This document shows positions 1 through 13,368 of a DNA stretch of 64,000 nt, in pieces. This DNA comes from Octopus vulgaris (lineage: Eukaryota): the NCBI GenBank assembly GCA_951406725.2, contig OX597814.1, positions 11,036,001-11,100,000 of the forward strand. Direction: 5' to 3'. Position 1 is the first letter of the stretch, and the number at the start of each line of letters is the position of its first letter. Position numbers and translations under genes: made by a program. The notes under the pieces are model-generated. The model had not been told where the DNA came from. It searched no databases and saw only the letters and a program-made list of their open reading frames with translations.

Positions 1-310
1 CATTGGCTAGTTTAGTTGCAGCGGGTCAATGTTGATGATGGTGTTACTGATGTCGCCGCCGCCGTCGCCATCGTCGTGGTCGTCATCACCGTCATCGCTG
101 ATGTTGTCGTTGTTATTATTGTTGTTGTTGTTCTCACTTCTAGTCTTGTCGACAGCGCCTGCTCTCTGTGTATTTTCATCACTCTTACCAACTACTTCCC
201 TTACTTTAAACACAACCATCTGATGTGGAGTGTACAAGAGAACAACACCCTTCACCTAAAAAGACTGTTTATCCTGCATTTCATAGCTAATCAACAATCA
301 ATCTCCCACC

Positions 311-771
<461 letters not shown>

Positions 772-898
772 TTCGGGGAAAAAATTTTATCAATGGCCAG
801 CATATCAAAAAATACCTTTAAAGGTTAAATTTATAAATAATTTACAAAATTATTGTATATATATTTTTTTTCCCGAAAAAAATTTTATCCTACATTAG

Positions 899-1008
<110 letters not shown>

Positions 1009-1051
1009 CATACATGCATATACATATATATATATTTATCTATCTATCTAT

Positions 1052-1195
1052 TTACCTTTTTTTACCGATCCCTTTTGATCGGAATTTTACTTCTGTTCTC
1101 TTCGTTTCCTTTTTCTTTTTCATTTTCGAAAAGAAAAGCTTTACATTTGTATTTGTCCCCTCTGTATCCAGCCCTGTGTGGCCAATAAAGAAAAT
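1052..1195 (+). mobile_element. Short 5'-truncated 3' end of the L1/Tx1-type LINE also found at 40653-41888
   Basis: cgatcccttttgatcg...aaaagaaaagct...cagccctgtgtggccaataaagaaa matches the reverse complement of 40653-40790; TATC repeats on both sides. Confidence 0.8.
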
Positions 1196-1409
1196 TATCA
1201 ATCTGTCTATCTATCTGTTTGTCTGTCTGTCTGTCTGTCTATTCATCTGTTTGTTTCTCAATCTATCTATCTGTCTGTCTGTTTGTCTATCTATCTAGCA
1301 AGCTATTTTGTCTGTCTGTCTTTCTGTCTATCTAGCTCTCCCTCTCACTAATTCCGTACAATTACCCTGCTCTTTTCTTCTATTCTTCACTGCGTTGCTC
1401 TCTCTCTCA

Positions 1410-1472
<63 letters not shown>

Positions 1473-1639
1473 ATACATACACACACTCTCTCTCTCACTC
1501 TTTCTCTCTTTCTTTTTCTCTCTCTCTTCTATATATCCTAATTCTATATTTCTGAACACCTCTGTCATTCTCCTACTTTTATTCTCTTCTTCACAATTTC
1601 TATCTATCTATCTATCTTTTAATCTATCAGTTTGTCAGT

Positions 1640-1693
<54 letters not shown>

Positions 1694-2410
1694 GATAGAT
1701 AGATATAGATTTGTATCTAACTAGCTATCTCTCTTTTTCTCTGTCTGTCTCTTTCTATCTATCTATCTAGCTGTCTTGTCGTTTTCTCTCTCCACCTCTC
1801 TTTCACCCTCCCATTCTTTCTCAACTCCTCTCCTATTTCTTATTTTATTAGTAATCTTGCTCTCTCTCTCTTTCTCTTTCTCTCTTACTCTTTTTCTCTT
1901 TTCTCTTTCCTCTAGCTCTCTCTTTTCCTCACTTCGCCAATTCCCCAACATTTCTCCTCCTCCTCCGCCTCCCCCTACCCTCTTTCTCCTTCTCCTCCTT
2001 CTCCTCCTCGTCTTGCTCCTCACCATATAACCTCAAGTGCGCTGCTTTCAAACGAGGGGCGTGTAATTTAACAATCACAACGGATGTGGTAAAATAAGAC
2101 AGACAGCACATGAGAAAAAAACACCTAGCTAAGTGTCTCAACGAACGCATTTCGAATTTTTGTTGTTTGTAATTTTCGTGTGCGTGCGTACGTTTGCGTG
2201 TATGTGTGCGTGTGTGTTGTGAGCATGTGCGTGTATGCAAGCGTGTGTCTGTGTGCATGTGCTTGCGCGTGCATGCGAAGAGCTTGTGCGTACGCTTTTA
2301 TGCATCTGTGAGCATGTGTGTGCTTGCGCTTCTTTATAAGGCTTATGTATCTACGTGTAACTACATACATATATGTGTGTGTATATATATGTATATATAT
2401 ATATATATAT

Positions 2411-2639
2411 CTTTTACTCTCTTTTACTTGCTTCAGTCATTTGACTGCGGCCATGCTGGAGCATCGCCTTTAGTCGAGCAAATCGACCCCGGGACTTATT
2501 CTTTGTAAACCCAGTACTTATTCTATCGGTCTCTTTTTGCCGAACCGCTAAGTGCCGGGACGTAAACACACCAGCATCGGTTGTCAAGCAATGCTAGGGG
2601 GACAAACACAGACACACAAACACACACACACACACACAT

Positions 2640-2686
<47 letters not shown>

Positions 2687-2835
2687 TACGACAGGCTTCT
2701 TTCAGTTTCCGTCTACCAAATCCACTCACAAGGCATTGGTCGGCCCGGGGCTATAGCAGAAGACACTTGCCCAGGGTGCCACGCAGTGGGACTGAACCCG
2801 GACCCGTGTGGTTGGTAAGCAAGCTACTTACCACA
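2411..2835 (-). mobile_element. tRNA-derived SINE family 1 (CORE-like segment, internal microsatellite, GAGTAAAA tail)
   Basis: Reverse complement matches the full copy at 17851-18298. Confidence 0.9.
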
Positions 2836-3129
2836 TGTATGCATGTGTGTGTGTGTGTATTTGTGGATGTATGTACTTGTGTGTGTAACTGTGTGTCTCT
2901 ATGTATTTGTATGTATCTCTTTATGTCTTTGGTGGAACTGAAGAAGGAAGCAATCCAGCCGTAACCATCTCGCATAGACAACGTGTCGTTAGTTTTTAAA
3001 TGCCGCAAGTTGTAGACTGAAAGAGGTTTAGCTGGTGTTTTCAGCAGGTTTGGGGACCACATATAAACACACTCATTGTCTCATGTATGTGTGTGTCTGT
3101 ATTATACGTATGTTTAATGTATAAGTACA

Positions 3130-4010
3130 TGTGTGTATAGGCGTGTATATCTGTGACTTCATGTGTGTATATATATATGTGTGTTCATATTTGCCTCAAT
3201 GAATGTATGTATGTACGTATGTATGTAGGTGTATGTGCATCATATATATTTTTGCATGTGTGTGTTCATGTGTGCCTGTGTGTATGTTTATATATGAATG
3301 AGTATGCGTGTGCGCTTGCGTGTGCGCTTGCGTGTGCGCTTGCGTGTGTGTGACGTGTGTCGAGTTATATTCTTATATACGTGTGTGTACGTGTGTGTAT
3401 GTTTGTGTGTTTGTATGTTAAAGTGTGTGTATCTTATGTTTGTTTCTGTGACTTTGAGTTTGTGTGTGTGTGCGCGCGCATTTGTGTATATATATATACA
3501 TATGTGTATATGTGCGCATATGTGTACATATGTGTGGGGTGGTTGTGAGCGCATATGTGTACAATATATATGTGTGTGCATGTGTGTGTGTGCATATGTA
3601 TGTGAGTGCGTGCATGCATGTTTGTGCGTGTGTATGCGTATGTGTGTGTGTGTGTGTGTGTACATATATGTGTGTACGTGTGCTTGTGTGTGCGTGTGTA
3701 TGCGTATGTGTGTGAGTGTGTGTGTGTATGTGTGTGTACATATATGTGTGTACGTGTGCATGTGTGTGCGTGTGTATGCGTATGTGTGTGAGTGTGTGTG
3801 TGTACATATATGTGCGTACGTGTGCATGTGTGTGGGTGTGTATGCGTATGTGTGTGAGTGTGTGTGTGTGTGTGTGTACATATATGTATGTACGTGTGCA
3901 TGTGTGTGCGTGTGCATGCGTGTGTGCATGTTTATGTGAGTGCGTGCGTGTGTGTGTATGTGTTTTGTGTGTGTGTGTGTGTGCGTGTGTGTGTGTGAGT
4001 GTGTGAATGT
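3130..4010. repeat. Degenerate (TG)n/(TA)n minisatellite-like tract
   Basis: Recurring approx. 60-bp units such as gtacatatatgtgtgtacgtgtgcatgtgtgtgcgtgtgtatgcgtatgtgtgtgag. Confidence 0.85.
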
Positions 4011-4713
4011 TATTACGTAGGCACGAAAGTCGTATTTAAGACGAGCAGAAAACGGTGACATGTATAGGAGACATGGCGTGAACGAGGGGAAAGAGAAAGA
4101 AAGAATGGAAGATAGAAAGAGAGAGGGGGAGGGCGAAAGAAGGCAGGAGAGTCAACTCTAAATCGGAAGTCGGTGCAAGAATGTAAGAGATAAAGAGAGG
4201 GGATAAGAGCGAGTTTAAGGGGGTGATTGGTTTATCTGATCTTTACCTTGTGCAATGTGCACGTCTATGCGCATGCGTTTTGCTTTTTATGTGTTTGCCC
4301 ATAAGCAAGAAGTATGCTTCTCTGCTTTTTTTATATTTTTTTAATGGTATGTGCGTGTGTATATGTGTTTGTGCTTGTACATGAGGAGATGTATATATAT
4401 ATATATAGGTGTGAATATATATATATTCATATATATATATATATTTATACATATGTATATATATATATATATATTCATATATATATATATATTTATACAT
4501 ATGTATATATTCATATATATATGTATATATATCAATAATATAATGATTGTTTCTTATCAGGAACAAAATGTTCTCGCAGTTTCTTATATGCTTGTACAGA
4601 TGAATTACGTTCCATCTTGCGGGATATTTATATGTATATTCTATGATTAAATGTTCGAATTATGAAATGCTATGCGGATGACCTTGCATTTGTTTATTCT
4701 ATAACTGTAGTTT

Positions 4714-4765
<52 letters not shown>

Positions 4766-4967
4766 AATGGAGTAGTCCGGTTTATGGGGTTAACCTGGAT
4801 TTCTACTCCTGAGGGGTTCAGCCTTACAACGTATCTTCAGGCCCCAAACTCTACTGGCATGAGACCGCTTTAAAATATGGACTGTACTTCTCCGGGTTTA
4901 TGTATTTCTACACACGATTATATATATGTATATATATCTATACCTATAACTATCTATCTATCTGTCT

Positions 4968-5000
<33 letters not shown>

Positions 5001-5072
5001 TATATATGCATATATATATATATATATGTAAATATATATATATATATGTATATATATATAAATATATATATA

Positions 5073-5124
<52 letters not shown>

Positions 5125-5137
5125 TATATACACATAA

Positions 5138-5194
<57 letters not shown>

Positions 5195-5235
5195 TTATTT
5201 ACATTTGACGGATATTTGACCACATCTTGTTTGTT

Positions 5236-5281
5236 AACACAACGTTTCGACTGATATACCCTCCAGGCTTCATGAGGTGTC
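5236..5281 (-). ncRNA. Degenerate minimal hammerhead-like motif, family A (left arm of an inverted repeat)
   Basis: Minus strand gacac-CTCATGA-a-gcctg gagggtatat cagtc-GAAA-cgtt-gtgtt; core position G5 mutated. Confidence 0.55.
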
Positions 5282-5324
5282 TTGGGGAAATCTCTGGGTT
5301 CTCATTCCTAAGGTATATGCCCAA

Positions 5325-5396
5325 GGGCATATGGCGTAGTGGTTAAGAGCGCGGGCTACTAACCCCAAGATTCCGAGTTCGATTCCAGGCAGTGAG

Positions 5397-5400
<4 letters not shown>
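5325..5400 (+). mobile_element. tRNA-like short element followed by (AAT)n/(AAC)n
   Basis: A-box tggcgtagtgg, B-box gttcgattcc, anticodon-like loop ctactaa; near-identical copy at 61338-61410; no proper acceptor stem, so not a functional tRNA. Confidence 0.75.
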
Positions 5401-5431
<31 letters not shown>

Positions 5432-5436
5432 TGATG

Positions 5437-5531
<95 letters not shown>

Positions 5532-5688
5532 AATAGTCCGGAAGATGTAAGAAAAATAAGAGGTGTTACCTTAATTCACTGGTAGTGAACAGCTGACGCC
5601 GTAGTACATCTCCAGCATTAGAAGTTGTACATAGTCAATGATAATAATAACATCGAAAAACACCTTAGGAATGAGAAATTTCCCCCAA

Positions 5689-5734
5689 GAGACTTCGTGA
5701 AGCCTGGAGGGTATATAAGCCGAAACGTTGTGTC
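5689..5734 (+). ncRNA. Degenerate minimal hammerhead-like motif, family A (right arm)
   Basis: gagac-TTCGTGA-a-gcctg gagggtatat aagcc-GAAA-cgtt-gtgtc; 5662-5745 is an inverted copy of 5227-5314. Confidence 0.5.
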
Positions 5735-6027
5735 AACAACAAACAGCTCCGTGCCTTCAACAGGCATAGATCGACTTCCCTGTCTTTCGCAAGCCGATTT
5801 TTCACATGCGTTACAACTAATTTTTCCACTATCTAGGCCTAAAAAAAGCCCTTATTGTCTGTTACCTGTCCTGTTATTCCTTATTTGTACTGTTTTTTCT
5901 ACTGTTTTTTCTTCATTTGTATTGTTTTACGTCCTGTTCTTGTCACTTGTTTTACCCCTCTGCAAAATAATTTTATTTAATTCCTTTTGCAGGAAGGAAT
6001 GCCTCGGCCTGGTCGTGTTCTGCTTAC

Positions 6028-6184
6028 CTTCGAAACACGCATTGAGTCGAACCAGGGGCAGCTGATGAAGGGAATTTTTCTTTGTATTGTTTGTCCTGTA
6101 CTCTGTTTTGTCGTTGTTAAAAAAAGTCCGTTTCCTTGTTTGATTTTATGTTTTCGTTTCTACGTTTATTTGTGGTGTCCTGTA

Positions 6185-6225
<41 letters not shown>

Positions 6226-6310
6226 TTGTATATATACATGTAGATGTAAGTACGTACATATATGTATGTATATATGCATATATTTTATTTATTTATTATA
6301 TTGTTATTAT
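6028..6310 (+). repeat. Unclassified interspersed repeat, second copy at 22079-22350
   Basis: ttcgaaacac...cgaaccaggg.cagctgatgaag...aaaaagtccgtttccttgtttgattttatg...catgtagatgtaagta shared by both loci. Confidence 0.85.
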
Positions 6311-6696
6311 ATATATATATACGACGGGCTTCTTTCAGTTTCCGTCTACTATATCCACTCACAAGGCTTTGGTTGACACTTGCCAAAGATGTTACGCAGT
6401 GGAACTGAACCTGGAAGCATTTGGTTGGGAAGCAAGTTTCTTACCACACAGCTGCGCCTAAGTAACGAGCCTCCCGGCGGAGAATCTGGTCCCGGTCTCC
6501 TGCGTTATAGGTGGAGATACCACTATACTACTATATATATATATATATATATAGGGGAAGGCGTGACTATGTAGTAAGAAGTTTGCATATGTGGGGGTTA
6601 ATGTATTCTACTACACTCATTGACCGACCAGAACCTTGTGAGTAAATTTGGTAGATGGAAACTAAAAGAGCCCGTCGTATATATATATATATATGT

Positions 6697-6928
6697 GTTT
6701 CTTTATTACCCACAAGGGGCTAAACACAAGAGGGGACAAACAAGGACAGACAAACGAATTTAAGTCGATTATATCGACCCCAGTGCGTAACTGGTACTTA
6801 ATTTATCGACCCCGAAAGGATGAAAGGCAAAGTCGACCTCGGCGGAATTTGAACTCGGAACGTAACGGTAGACGAAATACGGCTACGCATTTCGCCCGGC
6901 GTGCTAACGGTTCTGCCAGCTCGCCGCC
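6697..6928 (-). mobile_element. SINE family 2 (central gcctttcatcctttcggggtcgataaattaagtaccag, Meta-like domain) nested in a decayed family-1 copy (6555-7135)
   Basis: Matches the copy at 36491-36720; family-1 head upstream and tail downstream. Confidence 0.88.
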
Positions 6929-7330
6929 TATATATGCGTGTGTGTGTGTGGCTTCCACATGACAGCTAGTGATGATGTGTTTCGGCCCCCCTAACATAGC
7001 GGTTCGGTAAAACGATCGATTAAATAAGTAGCAAGTTTTAAAACATAAATCCTGGGGTCGATTCGTTAGACTAAAATTCATCAAGGTAGTGCCACAGCAT
7101 GGACGCAGTTCAATGGCTGGAACTAGTAAGACATAAAATATAGATGCTCGTGTAAATACTCTCGCGCATGCGTGCACGCAAATGTGCAAAGTCAGAGACA
7201 AATTTCCTAATCATAGCGGAATACACACATTCATAAGAGCAAGGCAGTGTTGATGGTGTCGGAAGACGATTTCTCAATACCTTAATAGAGATTAATAATA
7301 TTTTTATTTTGGTCGAGTCAATCTTTAGTT

Positions 7331-7634
7331 GTGGATGCACATGACCGAGTGGTTAGTGCAGCGGACTCGGGGTCGTGGGATCGTGGGTTCGAATCTCAGT
7401 CCGGGTGATATGTGTTTATGAGCAAAACACCTAAACTCCACGCGCTTCGGCAAAAGGTAATGGTGAACTTCTGCTGACTCCTTTGCCACAACTTTCTCTC
7501 ACTCTTTCCCTCTGCATCGAGCAGCTCACCTGCGACAGACCGTCGTCCTGTCCGGTTGGGGTACCTATACGCCGATGAAACCGGGAAACCGGCCCTTATG
7601 AGCCAGGTATGGCTAGAGTAGGTACAAACTACAG
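7331..7634 (+). mobile_element. tRNA-head SINE, body A + tail 2
   Basis: A/B boxes (tgaccgagtgg, gttcgaatc); TSD caatctttagtt / cagtctttagtt at 7319-7330 and 7635-7646. Confidence 0.85.
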
Positions 7635-7974
7635 CAGTCTTTAGTTACACTGGAGTTTCTTCTCTTGTGCGGCATTCACTCGGAAAAGGTTAAGCTATAG
7701 TTTCACCTATACATATGTGTGTACTCACAGTTAAGTTATCTGAAAAGTAATGAATAGTTTCCGTTGGTGGTTATACTCAGATGTATACGATATTTGTCAT
7801 AAGATAGAGTAGAAAGTGTTGGAAAGTGAAGGAAAGGAAGAAATAACTGAACTTGTCAACGCACAAGCGAAACTCCGGGGCAGTAAGAGTCGCACACGAC
7901 CAGCCAATGAATATTACGTTTGTGAGTTTGTGTGTGACATCTAAATTATTCCTTGACAGAAAATGTTTATTCGC

Positions 7975-8013
7975 TCTCTGATGAAGGTCTGATAAGTCTA
8001 GAAACTAGTCAGA
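7975..8013 (+). ncRNA. Candidate minimal type-I hammerhead ribozyme, family B
   Basis: tct-CTGATGA-aggtctgataagtcta-GAAA-ctag-TC-aga: canonical core, palindromic ACTAGT stem III, GUC site; stems I and II are weak. Confidence 0.55.
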
Positions 8014-9166
8014 TTGCACACTTTCTCTGCTCACCATCAAATATAACGTGTAGTGACCCTCTGCTCGCGAGAAGTTCAAATTGTGTGTTTATTATAATTA
8101 CATTATGTGATACTTAAAATTATTCAAAACGTGTTCTTTAGTGTGCTGGTACTCACACACACGCACGCGCGCACACATACACACATAAACATATACAAGA
8201 AATAATTATTGCCACTTTTTATAGCGACAACAGTGTTTGTAGGAATGTAAAAAAGAAGATTAACTGTACCCGACTGAGCATACCATGAGCCCTGAAGCTA
8301 ATCAGGAAACGCACATCGCACTAAATGTACGGTCCATAATATACTTCGGATCTATTCAGTATACATATGCATATACATACATATGTGTGTGTGAGAGAGG
8401 GTGTGAATGTGTGCTTGTGTGTATACGTCAAGGAAATAAAAGAAGGAAATAAATATTACAGAAATATATATGAATGTAACTTGAAAATGTTTTGAGAATG
8501 TCTAAGAAGGTTTATCGCTTCATTTTCGAAGTGGTCCCATTTAGGAGCAAGGACATATGAAACGGAATGGCGCAGAAACAATTGTAACAAATAATAACGT
8601 TGCGATATATTCATTCTTTGTCACCTTATTTGTATTATATCTTACACTTCGTAAAACTGTTCTGTGTCCTGACAAGTTTTCTAAAAGCTCCAATTCAAGA
8701 GTGCAGATAGCCAAGTATTCTGGATGAGCGCCACACTGGAAATATTTTATCAGCTAACATTATTACGTAATTCCGAGCCCCGCTCCCGCCCCAAAAGCAG
8801 CTGACTGACCTTATACTTTACCATCTCCCCTTAGATTTCTGTGCCTTTGTCCTCTGTGTAAATATCATCTGTTAATATATAAATATCTATATAGTTATTC
8901 ATGAATGCTCATTGTCTGAATATCTTTCTTTCCCTCTATGTATATTTAATAAATGTAGCTCAAGTTTGTTTATTTTTATATTTGCACCATTACCTCCATA
9001 TCCGCCGACCTGGATTCTTCTGTTAGCCATTTTTTTACTCTGAAGGCTTGATCCTCAGTAGAGAATTTGAAGTCTAAGATCAAATCATTTAATCACCAAG
9101 TGTCTTCTATCTATTGACTATATATCTTAGTTGATCGAGTGCTCTTCTACGTACGTAAGCATTAAT

Positions 9167-9206
<40 letters not shown>

Positions 9207-9213
9207 CATACAT

Positions 9214-10278
9214 TCAATTGCATGAACTAAAAGTAAGAGGGGGACGGGATAAACTACCTGCATCAACTTACTAGAAAAGCAGGTAGTAATTTTACCTATT
9301 CTTAGTGCAAGTTTTGAAGAGTGCAGTTCGATTTTAACAGTTATTGTTTCAAAGCTATAATGTAAGAGTCAAAGGACGAGCCTCATCTTGAAAGATCTGT
9401 AGAACTCGACAAGGACGTCCTGCAAAAACTGGTGGAACAAAATCCCATCGTAACTGTTGAGGAACTAGCAGAGAAGCTTGGATGTGGTCATTGAACCATA
9501 CATCGACACCTATGTACCATCGGAAAAGTCAGCAAATTGGGTCAATGGGTTCCTCACAAACTTTCTGAGTCAAATCGCGCGCAGAGAGTGAATGTATGCT
9601 TTCCGTTGCTGTCACGTCTCACGAATGGACCTTTTTTGGACCGAATAATGACTTGTGACGAGAAATGGGTTCTCTATAAAAATGTCAGGCGCCGAAGACA
9701 GTGAGTAGGGAAAGGAGAAATACCGGCACCTCAGGCTAAAAGTTTTACTCACGTAAGGCATTGTTATGTGTTTTAGTGAGATACGAAAGGTTTAGTCTAC
9801 TTTGAACTGTTAAACCCAAACCAAACGATAACAAAAGAGACGTACTGCCAGTGCTAGAAGGAAAACGACCATCTTTGGTTCCAAAATAAAAGGTGTTCTT
9901 CTATCAGGATAATGCTCGGCCACATACATCGAAGATGACATTCCAAAGGCTGGAGCAATTTGAAAGGGAATCGGTGCCCCACCCTCCATATTCGCCGGAC
10001 ATTGCCCCATCTGATTGTCATTTATTCCACATTTTTCAAAACCATTTGGAAGGAAAAAGTGTGAATTCTTTAGATGAGATCAGAACAGTACTGTAAGAGT
10101 TATTTTCGTCACGGACAGGTGAATTTTGGAAGAGAGGCCGTGCAAGTCTACCAGATAGATGGAAGACCATTGTAGGAAATGAAAGAGAGTATATTTTAGA
10201 TTAAAAATGAACTTTGTTTATCTTAATTTTGAAAAATAAAGGTATTAAAAAACCTCATTATTTATGGGATGACCAAAT
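9214..10278 (+). mobile_element. Decayed mariner (DD34D) DNA transposon
   Basis: Motifs WVPHKL, FLDRIMTCDEKW, YQDNARPH, HPPYSPDIAPSD (34 residues between the last two Asp), LPDRW..IV; stops and frameshifts; 3' TIR-like cattatttatgggatgaccaaat; 5' TIR not seen. Confidence 0.93.
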
Positions 10279-10900
10279 GTGTGTGTGTGTGTGAGTGCGC
10301 GCGCGTGTTCGTGTGTGTATGCCCACGCGGTCACGTGAGTATTATTTATTTGTTCTCTGTTTTGTTTCGGTCATTCTGCTATGGCCATTCTGGGATGATT
10401 CGCAAGGTTTGTTTAAGCAAATTCATTCTGATACTTATGTTTAGTATACTTATGTCTAGATACTTAAGTCTAGTATTTATTCTATCGGTCTCTATTGCCG
10501 AACCGCTATGTTACGAGGAAGTAAACACACCAACACCGGTTGACAAGCGGTGATGGGGGACAAAGACAGACACAAAACACACAAATACATTTTTGTGCGT
10601 GTGTGTCTTACACGATGGGCTTGTTTCAGTTTCCCTCTACTAAATCCACTCAGAAGACTTTGGTAGGTCCGAGGGTATTGCAGGAGACACTCACCCAAGG
10701 TGCCCCTCCCCTATACACTCAGACGTGTGTGCGTGTGTAAGAGAGACAGGGTGGAATTTACAACCATGTTGCTGGTGGGATCAACAAAAATATTCCTTCA
10801 TCAGGTGAGAGATAAATATTTAGTCGACCTACTATTATAGTGTTTTCACAGAATAAAACTAACAGTATCTCGAAATTAAATACCGCGTATTTTAAATTAC

Positions 10901-10931
<31 letters not shown>

Positions 10932-11050
10932 TGTATGTATGTATGTATGTATGTATGTATGTATGTATGTATGTATGTATGTATGTATGTATGTATGTAT
11001 GTATGTATGTATGTATGTATGTATGTATGTATGTATGTATGTATGTATGT

Positions 11051-11198
11051 AGCTATTACCAGTAAAGGTTTTAGTTGCCAATTCTGTACAAGACATTGTA
11101 GATCTTTAGCTGGGCTAAAAAGTCACATTCGATCACAGCACCAGTTACAGTTAAGCTTCGTGCAATGGCCATACTCGATAACGAGGGGGCAGCCATAA
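11051..11198 (+). mobile_element. 5'-truncated RTE (BovB-like) LINE 3' end within (ATGT)n
   Basis: C-terminal zinc finger CQFCTRHCRSLAGLKSHIRSQH followed by a short hairpin (ctcgataacgag) and an (ATGT)n tail. Confidence 0.7.
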
Positions 11199-12297
11199 TG
11201 TATGTATGTATGTATGTATGTATGTATGTATGTGTGTGAGTGTGTGTGTGCGTATGTATGTGTGTATGTGTGTGTGTTTACAAAGTATGATTGCATGCAC
11301 GCATTATACGTGTGTGTACAGTCCATATATCTTTAAGAAGGCATCTCTGCGCAAGAAGCAAAACTCGGTGCGGTTAACATAAGCAGAACTGTGAAACTGA
11401 TAAAATTTCGTTTTGTTTTTTAAAATTTTTTGTTTTGCTATTTTTGTTGTTTTTTTCCCCCTGGAACCAAGATAGCCTGTTCTTAATTAAATTACGTGTT
11501 GACACCTCCTTCCGCCCCAGTACCCGGTGGGTTATAGGACAACAACATGACCGTTATTGCAACACACGCGCACACATCTACCCCATACATACATACATAC
11601 ATAAATACATACATACATATATACATACATACACACATTCATATATACATATATGCATGCACACATACAAACAGAAATACTCGCACACATACATACGTAC
11701 GCATACATACATACACACACGCATACATACATACATACATACATACATACATACATACATACATACATACATACATAAATACATAAATACATAAATACAT
11801 ACATACATAGACATTCACACATACATACACACACATGCATTCACACATGCAGACATACACACATTCATATATACATGCATGCATGCACACATACAAACAG
11901 AAATACACGCATTCATACATACGTACACATACATACATACACACATACATACAAATACACACATACATACATAAATACATAAACACATACATACATAGAC
12001 ATTCACACATACATACACACACATGCATACACACATGCAGACAGACACACATCCATATATACATGTATGCATGCACACATACAAACAGAAATACACGCTT
12101 TCATACATACACATACATATATACTCACATACATACATACACACACATACACACACATACATACATAAATACATACATACGTAGACATTCACACACACAT
12201 ACATACACACATGCAGACATACACACACGCATACTTACATACATTTGCTAGAAACTGTACCCGGCTTTGCCCTGATTTATTGTTACTTAATATAAAT

Positions 12298-13010
12298 GGG
12301 GCGGCAATCTGGCAAAATCGTTAGCACGCTGGACAAAATGTTTAGCGGCGTTTCGTTCGGCTTTACATTCTGAGTTCAAACCCCATATCTTCGTAGTCAA
12401 TGAAATAATTACTGGGGTCGATGTAGTTGACTTACTCTATCCCTCGAACTTACTGGCCTTCTGCCAAAATTTGAAACCAATATAAATAGAGCGGCAAACT
12501 AGCAGATTCGTTAGCCATACAAGGCAGCGAATTTTTTTCCCACGAGAGTTCCGCAATGATTGACTGGCTGTACTGTAGCAGTACACAGTATGTGGGTTTT
12601 CAAGACGAGCTCTGATTGGCTGTATGCAAATGAGTTCATTACTAGTGTCCAGAACTCTCGTGGGAAAAAATATTTCGCAGCCATGCAAAATGCTTAGCGG
12701 CATTTCGACCGTCTTTGAGTTCCGAGTTCAAATTCCGCCGAGGTCGACTTTGTTTTTATCATTTCGGGGCCGATAAAATAAGTACCAGTTGAAAACTAGG
12801 GTCGATGAAATCGAGTGATACCCCCCTCCCCTACAAATTCCTCACCTTCTGCATGCGGCAGAAAGGATTATTACTTAATATAAAAAAAGGCAGAGAGCTG
12901 GCCTTAATCCTTTTGGGAGTCGATAAATTAAGTACCAGTGAAACACTGGGGTCGACTAGTCTCCGCCCCCAAAATTTCAGGCCTTGTGCCTTTAGTAGAA
13001 AGGATTATTA
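12298..13010 (+). mobile_element. Cluster of three diverged family-2 SINE copies
   Basis: Repeated ggcggc..ctggca..atcgttagc heads and gtcgataaa..aagtaccag..ctggggtcga segments. Confidence 0.75.
12523..12682. mobile_element. MITE (160 bp) inserted in a family-2 SINE
   Basis: About 30-bp TIRs ggcagcgaatttttttcccacgagagttc / gaactctcgtgggaaaaaatatttcgcagcc; putative 6-bp TSD atacaa/atgcaa. Confidence 0.8.
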
Positions 13011-13320
13011 CTTAATATAAATACAAGTGCGTGGATTTCCTATATTTTGGTTAACTGGTCTTTGATTCATTTAGAATTGATGCATTCATGCAAAATCAGG
13101 AAGTGTTCCCAGTTGAGCTTCATAAACTTTGGGAAAATAAGAAATGAAAACATAAAAGTAAATATAGGCCGAAGCACGACTTTGTGGTTTAGGAGTTGTT
13201 TCAGGTTCAGTTTCCCCACGTTGCACCTTGAGCAAGTGCCTTCTACAATAGCCCCATGACGACCAATACCCTGTGAGGAATTTGGTTGACAATAACTGCG
13301 TGACAGCCCATTAGTGTGTA

Positions 13321-13359
<39 letters not shown>

Positions 13360-13368
13360 ATATATACA

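Noticed and set aside
3130-4010. CRISPR-like repeat-spacer periodicity
   Set aside because: Eukaryotic TG/TA minisatellite with no unique spacers and no cas genes
4808-4846. Minus-strand CTGAAGA...GAAC hammerhead-like motif
   Set aside because: GAAA and the cleavage triplet are missing and stem II is poor
5325-5400. Functional tRNA gene
   Set aside because: No paired acceptor stem or poly-T terminator; duplicated with an AAT tail, so treated as a tRNA-derived repeat
6025-6075. Permuted (type II) hammerhead: cttcGAAAc...GTC...CTGATGAagg, also near 22080
   Set aside because: Core words are in order but stems I and III cannot be formed in either copy
11069-11145. Host C2H2 zinc-finger gene exon
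   Set aside because: Single finger of the RTE C-terminal type followed by a LINE-like 3' end and repeat tail
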